In this document: piece by piece, positions 20,434 to 28,489 of the stretch
Layout of the letters: each line of letters begins with the position of its first letter
How positions within the stretch are numbered: position 1 is the first letter of the stretch
NCBI GenBank assembly: GCA_943788985.1
Contig: CALSSJ010000023.1
Span: 96,001-160,000, forward strand
Direction: 5' to 3'
DNA length: 64,000 nucleotides
DNA from: an uncultured Lentisphaerales bacterium
Lineage (GTDB): Bacteria; Verrucomicrobiota; Lentisphaeria; JABSQK01; UBA12247
Made by a program: the position numbers and the translations under genes
The notes under the pieces: generated by a model
What the model was told of the DNA's origin: nothing
What the model saw: the letters and a program-made list of their open reading frames with translations, nothing else
Database searches by the model: none

Positions 20434-22464
20434 ATGCCACTTAATCTGTCGTCCTTGAACGCCCCCCAACAGGAGGCGATTCGGACGATTGATGGTCCTG
20501 TGCTGGTGCTTGCCGGAGCCGGCACTGGCAAGACCACCGTGGTGACCTATCGGATTGGCTGGATTCTCCAAAGCGGCGTCCAGCCTGAGCATATTCTGGC
20601 GGTCACGTTTACGAACAAGGCCGCGCGGGAGATGAAGGAGCGTATCGTCAGGCTGTTGCCCAACGAGAAACACTCGGCCCTCACAGTCGCCACCTTCCAC
20701 GCGTTCTGTGGCCGGCTCCTTCGTCGCTACGCCCGCCGGTTCGGCTACACGCCATCGTTTGGAATCGCCGATGATGGGGATCAGCGCGACTTGATTCGCC
20801 AGTCCCTGGTAGAGCTGGGAAATCACAGCGACGAACTGACCGTGCCACGCATGCAGTCCTGGATCAGCGCTGCCAAGAACAAGCTCTACACCCCGGACGA
20901 TGTGCGGGACGACCCAAGCCAGGAGTGGGCAGATACGATTGCCACGGTCTATGCGTCCTACAGCAAACGCTTGCACGCGATGAATCTGGTGGATTTCGAC
21001 GACATGATTCTGCTGGTGGCACGCTTGTTACAGCAGGACGAGGAGGCGCGAAATGAGCTGCGAGAGCAGTATCAGTACATTCTGGTGGACGAGTACCAGG
21101 ACACCAACATGGCCCAGGCTGAACTGCTGCGACAGCTAGCCGGCGAGCGCCAGAATCTGTGCGTGGTGGGCGATGATGATCAGTCTATCTATGGCTGGCG
21201 CGGAGCTGAAATCGATAATATTCTGCAGTTTCCGCAGCAGTATCCCGGGACTAAGGTGATCAAGCTAGAGCAGAACTACCGGTCCACAGAAGTCATTCTG
21301 AAGACGGCAAACACCGTGATCGGCGGCAATAGACAGCGTCACGCCAAGGAATTGTGGTCTGAGCGCGGGCACGGCGACGTGATTCGGCTGCATGAGTTAC
21401 CGACCGAGCGTGAAGAAGCGTCCTTCGTAGCACGGGTGGTGCAGGAGCTACGGTTTGAGCGTAAACTTGAGCCTAAAGATATCGCAGTGCTCTATCGCTC
21501 TAACGCGCTTTCACGGCTACCGGAAGAAGCGCTGCGGGCCAAAGCGATCCCCTATCGCGTAATCGGGGGCCAATCGTTCTATGAGCGGCGCGAGATCAAG
21601 GACACGCTCGCCTACATGCGGGTGCTGGAGAATGAGCGGGACGAGCAAGCGCTGTTGCGCATCCTCAACGTGCCGCCGCGTGGAATCGGCACCACCACGA
21701 TCGAGAAGCTGCGGCTGCGGCGAGAGTTTAGCAGCAGCCCGATGCAGCGAGTCTTGGGCGAAGACCAGTTTCTCAGCGTGATCCCAGCAGCTACTGCGGA
21801 GTCCGCAAGAGGATTCCTGGGCTGTATTCGGCAGGCTCGACGAATCGTAGCGCAGCCCGGCAAGCTGAGCGCGAAGGTGTATCAATATTTAAAGGATATC
21901 GGCTATATCTCAGGGTTGCCCAAAATTTACAAGAAGCGCAGTGAGTATCTGCGTCGGTATGAGAACGTGCAGGAATTCATCCATGCGATCCACGAGTATG
22001 AGCAGCGGGCGGCAGATCCCTCGCTGCGTGACTTTCTGGAGCGCAACTCGCTATCCGAGGCCGCGGACCAGAAGGAGGAGGAGAACGAAAATGCGGTCAC
22101 CTTAATGACCGTCCACGCCGCCAAGGGCCTGGAGTTTTCTTTGGTCGTGGTGGTCGGCATGTCTCATCACACCTTTCCCCATCATCGCTCGGTGCTGGAG
22201 CGAATGCTGGACGAGGAGCGACGCCTTTTCTACGTCGCCATCACCAGAGCGAAGGACCTGCTGATCTTGACCCGACCGCGCACGCGCAATACCCTGCAAC
22301 ATGGCCGCATGGTGGAGAAGAGGTCACTGCCGTCACAGTTCCTGGCAGAAGTACCAAGCGAGTTCCTAACAGTGAACGATAACGCACTCTTTGAGAGCGC
22401 AGGAACGGATGGAGCCCTGGACCACCTGGCGATGCTCAAGCAGCGCTGGGCGAAAAAGGACTGA
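20434..22464 (+). CDS. UvrD/PcrA/Rep family SF1 DNA helicase
   Basis: 'LAGAGTGKT', 'TFTNKAAREM', 'VDEYQDTN', 'VGDDDQSIYGWRGA', 'LEQNYRS', 'TVHAAKGLEF' and 'EERRLFYVAITRA'. Confidence 0.96.
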   Translation: MPLNLSSLNAPQQEAIRTIDGPVLVLAGAGTGKTTVVTYRIGWILQSGVQPEHILAVTFTNKAAREMKERIVRLLPNEKHSALTVATFHAFCGRLLRRYARRFGYTPSFGIADDGDQRDLIRQSLVELGNHSDELTVPRMQSWISAAKNKLYTPDDVRDDPSQEWADTIATVYASYSKRLHAMNLVDFDDMILLVARLLQQDEEARNELREQYQYILVDEYQDTNMAQAELLRQLAGERQNLCVVGDDDQSIYGWRGAEIDNILQFPQQYPGTKVIKLEQNYRSTEVILKTANTVIGGNRQRHAKELWSERGHGDVIRLHELPTEREEASFVARVVQELRFERKLEPKDIAVLYRSNALSRLPEEALRAKAIPYRVIGGQSFYERREIKDTLAYMRVLENERDEQALLRILNVPPRGIGTTTIEKLRLRREFSSSPMQRVLGEDQFLSVIPAATAESARGFLGCIRQARRIVAQPGKLSAKVYQYLKDIGYISGLPKIYKKRSEYLRRYENVQEFIHAIHEYEQRAADPSLRDFLERNSLSEAADQKEEENENAVTLMTVHAAKGLEFSLVVVVGMSHHTFPHHRSVLERMLDEERRLFYVAITRAKDLLILTRPRTRNTLQHGRMVEKRSLPSQFLAEVPSEFLTVNDNALFESAGTDGALDHLAMLKQRWAKKD

Positions 22465-22475
22465 CCTAGGCCAAC

Positions 22476-23198
22476 GTGTATCTGCTTCACAACGACAGCG
22501 TAGCGTTTCCGCCGCCCCAGCTGGCAGACAGTGATGGTTTTCTCGCCGTCGGCGGCGACCTGTCTGCAGAGCGACTGACAGCGTCGTATGCCTTGGGGAT
22601 CTTTCCGTGGTATAACGAACCGCCGATCCTGTGGTTCTCTCCCGCCCCCCGGTTTGTCCTGCCGCCAGAGAAGCTGCGCATCCAGAGGAGCCTGAAGCGC
22701 GTGATTGCGAAGTCCGCATTTACGATCACAATGGACCGGGACTTTTCGGCCGTTTTGCGCGCCTGCCAAGCCGCCCCCAGGACCGGCCAGGACGGCTCCT
22801 GGCTGAATGATGACCTGATCGCTGCGTTTGAATCAATGCATGCGCTCGGCCGGGCACATTCTGTCGAAAGCTGGTCGGACGGCGAACTGGTCGGTGGCCT
22901 CTACGGAGTCACCCTCGGCAGCGTCTTTTTCGGGGAGTCGATGTTTGCGAACATCGCAAACGCCTCGAAGGTGGCATTCGCCCATTTGGTCCGACACCTG
23001 ACGGACTGCGGCTTCAGCCTGATTGACTGTCAGATGCATACACCGCATCTCGAGCGCTTTGGCGCTGAGTTTTGGTCACGCGAGCGGTTTCAGGAGCACC
23101 TCGCAGCGCATACGGGCCGAAAACCCGCAACCGCGCTAGGCCCAGCCATTCTGGCGGAGGTCAAGGCACCGATTAATCCTGGCTCGGAGGAGCCTTAA
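22476..23198 (+). CDS. aat: Leucyl/phenylalanyl-tRNA--protein transferase
   Basis: 'LAVGGDLS', 'GIFPWY', 'LVGGLYG', 'FFGESMF', 'ASKVA' and 'LIDCQ..T.HL..FGA'. Confidence 0.96.
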   Translation: MYLLHNDSVAFPPPQLADSDGFLAVGGDLSAERLTASYALGIFPWYNEPPILWFSPAPRFVLPPEKLRIQRSLKRVIAKSAFTITMDRDFSAVLRACQAAPRTGQDGSWLNDDLIAAFESMHALGRAHSVESWSDGELVGGLYGVTLGSVFFGESMFANIANASKVAFAHLVRHLTDCGFSLIDCQMHTPHLERFGAEFWSRERFQEHLAAHTGRKPATALGPAILAEVKAPINPGSEEP

Positions 23199-24969
23199 GA
23201 AAGCGGATTAGGCGCTCGCGAACAGCTGCGCAGGAATTGTCTTGACCAAGTAGATTGATGGGGACCTTGTGGAGCTGGGCGTAGGCGCGGAGTGCAAGTG
23301 CCGAAGGCCCCGGAGCCGCCCGATTCGGCCTCAAAACGCCGTGCCAGATCGCCAGCTTTTGGGAAGGGGACAGGTCCTCGCGCCAGCGGCGGCTGATCAC
23401 CCGGTCTTGCGTCGTAATGGTGATTTGGCCGCGGTCAACGGCGGTCACGGTCCCTTGAGAGGAGGCAGGAAGGTTCGCCCCAATCGCGGCATACGTTCCC
23501 GCAGGGTCAGCCGCGCAGCGCGAAAGCAGCGCACGCATGAGCTGGCCCTCTGCTTCGTCCAAAGTGACCATGCATGCTACGAGCTCGCGAGAGGCCCGGG
23601 TCTCCAAGTCTAGCGCGTGCGCGTCCGCCAGGCGCCGAAGCGTGCCTTTGTATTGCAGCATGGCTACCTTTAGTCGCTCCAGGATGTCGCATTCTAGCCG
23701 GTATTGGTCGAGGCGTGCCCGTTGATGACGAGCGCGCTGGTCCGTGCGCTGCTGTATGGCAGTGACGAGCTTTTCTCGCCAGGCGGTGGTGGCGTCGCGA
23801 TGGGCACCTACGAGTGGCAGTAGCACTCGAAAGGTGTCCAGCCGCGCGAGTGCAGTGTCGAACTCTTCTGCATGAAACAGAGCTTCGATCAGAGCAAGCT
23901 CATCATCAACCGCAGCCTTAATCTCCTGGCGGGCAGATGCAATCGCCTGCTTCACTAAATCTCTGTCTTCCGCGGTTTTCGCCGAGGAGATGAGCTCGCT
24001 TCCTTCGTCCTCAAAGGCAACGTACTGGCCAGCCTGCGCCAAACGGACGAGATGGAAAGCGCGCTGCTTCAGCACGGCGCCACTGCGATCTGTCCGCACA
24101 GGCACTGGCGCGATGGTCTTCCGGATGTTCTGGCTGGTTTCCGCAGAGAGCGCCTCTGCCGTCGCTCCCTGCCAACCCTCGGCACGAGTAAGGTTGTATA
24201 CGCGAAGGCCCCCTGCGATGCCTAATACGACCGTACAGGCCAGTGCTAGCCGGAGTACGCGCCCTAGCGATCTCTTCTCCACAACAGAGTGCTTGGCCAA
24301 GCGCTGATAAATGCGAAGTTCGTGATCAGCGATTGTGCCAGCTTGATGCGCGGCGTTAAGCTCGTCTTCACTGGGCTGCCAGCTCCCGCTAATGAGCCTG
24401 CCATAGAGCCTGCGGAGTGCCTGCTGGCCCTTCTGTGCCGAATCGTCCGGGTAGCGATGGGACCAGGCATCGATGATGCGGACAATCTCGCCATGATGTG
24501 CCCATGGGCCCCAGATGGTGCCATCCACCGTGACCTCACTCTCGCCAAGATAGATCATCGGCAAGGGGGTCTGATCGTCGATCGTGCTAAGCGCCTGGCT
24601 CAAGCCGGGCAAAAGTGCCGCGAGACGGTTGGCAGAAAACCGCCCGGGGCGAAGAAGTGCCTGCCAGATTGGCTCGCCACGCCGATGGGGGCGGATCAGA
24701 TACAGGCCACGGTCACCATCGATCACAGCTGGCGGACGGCCAAGGGGATGACGCATGGTCGTGGCCTCGAGCGCATAGGCATTGAGCGCTGTGTTGTCAC
24801 AGGCGAGCCGATCACAGGCCTCTATCTCCACCAACGCGCCGTTCTGACGCCCTAGGAACCAGACTGCCCGCCCCGTCTCATAGAGGATGCGAATGGTCCG
24901 GATATCCCGTGCAGCAAGCTCTTGGCTCGCCACCACTTCGAGATCCGGAGCCTTGACCTCAGTAGCCAT
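23173..24969 (-). CDS. Hypothetical single-pass membrane protein with a degenerate Ser/Thr-kinase-like N-terminus and a helical C-terminal region
   Basis: 598-aa ORF with one TM segment 'VLRLALACTVVLGIAGGL'. The N-terminus follows Hanks-kinase spacing but has no HRD or DFG motif. Confidence 0.6.
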   Translation of the reverse strand: MATEVKAPDLEVVASQELAARDIRTIRILYETGRAVWFLGRQNGALVEIEACDRLACDNTALNAYALEATTMRHPLGRPPAVIDGDRGLYLIRPHRRGEPIWQALLRPGRFSANRLAALLPGLSQALSTIDDQTPLPMIYLGESEVTVDGTIWGPWAHHGEIVRIIDAWSHRYPDDSAQKGQQALRRLYGRLISGSWQPSEDELNAAHQAGTIADHELRIYQRLAKHSVVEKRSLGRVLRLALACTVVLGIAGGLRVYNLTRAEGWQGATAEALSAETSQNIRKTIAPVPVRTDRSGAVLKQRAFHLVRLAQAGQYVAFEDEGSELISSAKTAEDRDLVKQAIASARQEIKAAVDDELALIEALFHAEEFDTALARLDTFRVLLPLVGAHRDATTAWREKLVTAIQQRTDQRARHQRARLDQYRLECDILERLKVAMLQYKGTLRRLADAHALDLETRASRELVACMVTLDEAEGQLMRALLSRCAADPAGTYAAIGANLPASSQGTVTAVDRGQITITTQDRVISRRWREDLSPSQKLAIWHGVLRPNRAAPGPSALALRAYAQLHKVPINLLGQDNSCAAVRERLIRFLKAPPSQD

Positions 24970-24974
24970 GCCCG

Positions 24975-25994
24975 CTACGCGTAGGTCGCGACTCGTACTT
25001 CGACCACTTGGCAGCCGATCAATTGAAACGCCTGAGTGACACGAAGGAGATGCTCGTCATCCGTAAAAGTGCCGACGATGGCGCCGCCTGAGCCGCACTG
25101 CTTCGCATGGCTACCGTTATGCCTAGCCGTCTCGACCATCTCTAGGTTCATCGGCGCGAGGTCGTACACCGAGCGCCTGAGCTCAAAGTCACGCGTCATC
25201 AGAGGCCCAATCGCATCCTTGTCCGCACGCTCGATCACCACTCTGGCTTCTTCTACTAATTCCGCCTTCTGCGCCATGACCCGGAGGATGGCCTTTTTCT
25301 GATCCTCTGGCCGCCTCTGGATATTCCCATGGACTCGCCCCGAGGACTCCGAGAGCCGCTCGTCATAGGCTACGTATAGCCGGGGTAGGTTCGCCGGGTC
25401 AAGACGCTTGTAATCTCCATACAGGTTATAATTCCGCTCAAAGGCGTCGCGCGTAAAGTCCATATAGACGAGGCCGCCGTAGATGGATACCACGCGGTCC
25501 TGGGGCCCAGCTACGATACCAAGCTCCAGGGTTTCAGCTTCGAGAATTATATTTGCCTGAATTGGAAGCGGAATGTCCGTATCCGCCAAATCATAGAATT
25601 TCATCAGGCAGACCAACGTGGCGCGGGCAATGGCACTGGACCCAGCAAGGCCCACGCGAAACGGGATGTTGGAACTGTAGGCCAGATGAAAACTGCGCTT
25701 TCCGTCGAGTTGGATATTGAGTCGCTGGCAATGCCGATGTAGCCGGACAATGGTGGCCTCGATGATCCGAATCCCGCCATAGTAGCCAAACTCTCGGCGA
25801 AAATGTACCAACTCATCGAGTCCGGCAAACGCGCGCCCATCGTGGTTGGTCCGCTCAATCTCAATCCGCTCCGATTCTGTGATGGTGACCTCTGCCTGGA
25901 ATGCATCAAGCAGCAGGCTGATGGTCCGCCCATGAAAGAGATCAGAAGGGTTCCCAACCAGTCCGGTTCGGGGGTAGGCAACGGTGCGAATCAT
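24975..25994 (-). CDS. GHMP-family sugar kinase, glucuronokinase-like
   Basis: 'AYPRTGLVGNPSD..HGRTIS', GHMP loop 'IPFRVGLAGSSA', 'ELGIVAGPQDRV...YGGLVYMDF' and 'KQCGSGGA'. Confidence 0.8.
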   Translation of the reverse strand: MIRTVAYPRTGLVGNPSDLFHGRTISLLLDAFQAEVTITESERIEIERTNHDGRAFAGLDELVHFRREFGYYGGIRIIEATIVRLHRHCQRLNIQLDGKRSFHLAYSSNIPFRVGLAGSSAIARATLVCLMKFYDLADTDIPLPIQANIILEAETLELGIVAGPQDRVVSIYGGLVYMDFTRDAFERNYNLYGDYKRLDPANLPRLYVAYDERLSESSGRVHGNIQRRPEDQKKAILRVMAQKAELVEEARVVIERADKDAIGPLMTRDFELRRSVYDLAPMNLEMVETARHNGSHAKQCGSGGAIVGTFTDDEHLLRVTQAFQLIGCQVVEVRVATYA

Positions 25995-26487
25995 AGTCAA
26001 CGTCCAGCTTGTAGCAAAGGGAAATAAGCCTCGAAAACTATACCTGCAAGATCGAGAGTTGCGATGTTCGCAAAGTCCATCGCCAAAGTTACAGCTTTCT
26101 CCTAGCCCTTGAGTAAATATCAGTCAATCAGTTTCAGGAGAGATCAATGCTATAACTACACATTCCCTTTGAGGATGCCCTGCTCGATTTGAAGAGCGGC
26201 TGCACGGTGATGGGGCGTTGTGAAGGGGGGAGTCGCGATGTGAGCCCGATTCACTCCGCCCCAAGATTGGGACGGTTGTGCTATCAGCAGAAGATCAAGA
26301 TCTCATGTTTGCCGCCGATGCGTGTCCGCTTGATCTAGCCGCAGAGCTCTTGATCCGGCTATGAGACCTTGAGTCGTTGTGTCACGATGCCGGGTCGAAC
26401 ACCAAAACAACAACCGCATTCGCTGACAACGGGACGCGCACCGAGAAAGCCAGATCTTTTTCTGCCGCCCGCGGCAGCAGGTGCTTC

Positions 26488-27909
26488 TTAGCTGACGTCG
26501 CGTACCAGAACCGTGTCACCGCGCACACTGAAGGCGCGAATCTCAGAAATCGCCACAACGCAGTCTCCTGCCTGTAAGTGGCCCTGCTCCTTGAGATGGC
26601 TAATGGCCGTCTCCACATCATTGAGCGGCGCCTCTTCGCAGAATTCAATCAGATGCGGCTGCAACCCCCAATGGAGCGTGAGCTGCGGTAAGACCTTACG
26701 ATCATTGGTAAAGCAGTGAATCGGGGTCAGGCTGGGCCGAAACCAAGAGGCGTACCGTGCCATCGTGCCCGTGTGGGTAAACACGATGAGTGCGGAAGCC
26801 CCGAGTTCACCAGCCATACTGGCGGCTGCTTTCATGATATGAGCGGGGCGTGCATCGACTTGAGCACCGGCGGAAAACCCTGCCTTCTCTCCCTCTTCGG
26901 TGCGCTGGGCGATGCGATCCATCACTTCGACACAGCGAAGCGGGTAGCTGCCAATCGATGTTTCTCCGGAGAGCATGATCGCGTCAGCCTCCTCGAATAC
27001 AGCATTCGCGACGTCTGTGATCTCGGCCCGGGTCGGAGACGGTGTTTCAACCATGGACTCGAGCATATGGGTCGCGACAATGACGGTGCGGCCGCGCTCG
27101 ACGCATTGCTTGACTACGCTGCGCTGAATAAGCGGCAGGTCTTCGTACGGGCACTCAATCCCGAGATCGCCGCGGGCGACCATGATCCCGTCAGCGACGT
27201 CAATGATCTCCTTACAGTTTCGAATGCCCTCTTGGTCCTCGAGCTTGGCAATGATGCGCTGATTTGCCCCGTCGTGATATTCAAGAATGCCCCGCAGCTT
27301 GACCACATCACTGGCTTCACGGACAAAGGACATGGCAAAGAAATCAACTTCCATTTCGATGCCCAAGTTGATATCACGAATATCTTTCTTGGTCAGCGCC
27401 GGGAGGTTTACCCGAACCCCTGGCAGGTTGATGTGCTTGCGGCTGGCCAGGACGCCGGCAGTAAGTACTTCGCAGTGCAGCTGATTGCGGCGCTTCTCAA
27501 GGACACGCAGATGGATGTCGCCATTGTCCACGATGACCACATTGCCAATGCCAATGGTGTCGACAAGGTCATCATAGTTCACGTCTACCGACTGGTGCTC
27601 TTCTGAGGTCTCGCCACGCACCGTCAAAACAAGCTTCGCGCCTACAGCGAGCTCCAACGGCTGCTCTACATCGCCTGTCCTAATCGCGGGGCCCTGGGTA
27701 TCCATGAGAATCCCTACGGGAATGTTCAGCTCCGCGCTGATTGTCCGAATGTTGTCGACAATGCTTCGGGCGCTCTCGTGGGTCGCATGGGACATATTCA
27801 ATCTCGCTACATTCATGCCTCCTTTAATTAACTCGCGGATCATCTCCGGAGAATCGGTCGCTGGACCGATGGTGGCGAGAATTTTTACGCGTCGATTGAT
27901 GTTGCCCAT
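26488..27909 (-). CDS. pyk: Pyruvate kinase
   Basis: 'KILATIGPAT', 'ARLNMSH', 'DTQGP.IR', 'IIAKLE', 'MVARGDLGIE', 'PTRAEITDVANA' and 'MLSGET'. Start is 27909 or 27921. Confidence 0.96.
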   Translation of the reverse strand: MGNINRRVKILATIGPATDSPEMIRELIKGGMNVARLNMSHATHESARSIVDNIRTISAELNIPVGILMDTQGPAIRTGDVEQPLELAVGAKLVLTVRGETSEEHQSVDVNYDDLVDTIGIGNVVIVDNGDIHLRVLEKRRNQLHCEVLTAGVLASRKHINLPGVRVNLPALTKKDIRDINLGIEMEVDFFAMSFVREASDVVKLRGILEYHDGANQRIIAKLEDQEGIRNCKEIIDVADGIMVARGDLGIECPYEDLPLIQRSVVKQCVERGRTVIVATHMLESMVETPSPTRAEITDVANAVFEEADAIMLSGETSIGSYPLRCVEVMDRIAQRTEEGEKAGFSAGAQVDARPAHIMKAAASMAGELGASALIVFTHTGTMARYASWFRPSLTPIHCFTNDRKVLPQLTLHWGLQPHLIEFCEEAPLNDVETAISHLKEQGHLQAGDCVVAISEIRAFSVRGDTVLVRDVS

Positions 27910-27982
27910 AGATTTTCCCATAGTTTTGTGTAGCAGAAAGCGCTGGCTTCGGGAGCCCAAGCGCGATGTAAAAACACCAACG

Positions 27983-28015
27983 AGCACCAATCCTCGCTGG
28001 GCGAAGATTGGTGCT
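27983..28015 (-). terminator. Long hairpin downstream of the giant gene, likely intrinsic terminator
   Basis: The minus strand reads AGCACCAATCTTCGC-CCA-GCGAGGATTGGTGCT (15-bp stem with one G-U pair), followed by CGTTGGTGTTTTT; it begins 30 bp after the stop at 28046. Confidence 0.65.
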
Positions 28016-28045
28016 GTTAGCGTTCAGCTCGAAGCTGGGTCGCAA

Positions 28046-28489
28046 CTACTCGAAGTGAATCACACGTTCCTGGTCGCTGTTGACCCAGTAGCCCTTCCCG
28101 GCCTTGAGCGGCAGCGGATCCGTCAGGTCGAGCGGGCGATAGCTCCCACGCGAGTACTCAGACACCTTACTAGGATCAATCCCGTCAGGCACTGCCATAT
28201 CTCGCGTCGGGCCAATCAAGTTCCAGCCTTCCTTGAGCACGATCGTCAGCGGTGCATGATAGCCACCGACCACGATTGTAGCCGCGATGTCACGTGGGTT
28301 AAGGACCCAATAGCCCTCGCCAGCACGAATCTCGGTCGCAGCGATATAGCTGCCGTTGAGGAAGGTCCAGGCGGCGCCACTGATAATGCGCCCGGTATTG
28401 TTGGCGAAGACCAGGTCTGGATCTGGGTCGTTAGGCGTGATTGGGAAGGAGATCAGGTTCCAGCCCGCATCCAGCGTCAGGCTAACGGT
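28046..28489 (-). other. C-terminal tandem 'GWNL' domain of the giant protein
   Basis: 'LTLDAGWNLISFP...IRAGEGYWV...IVLKEGWNLIG...LKAGKGYWV' immediately before the stop. Confidence 0.7.

Noticed and set aside
13747..22464. Inteins in V-ATPase A or the UvrD helicase
   Set aside because: Both proteins have normal lengths (574 and 676 aa) and no intein terminal motifs.
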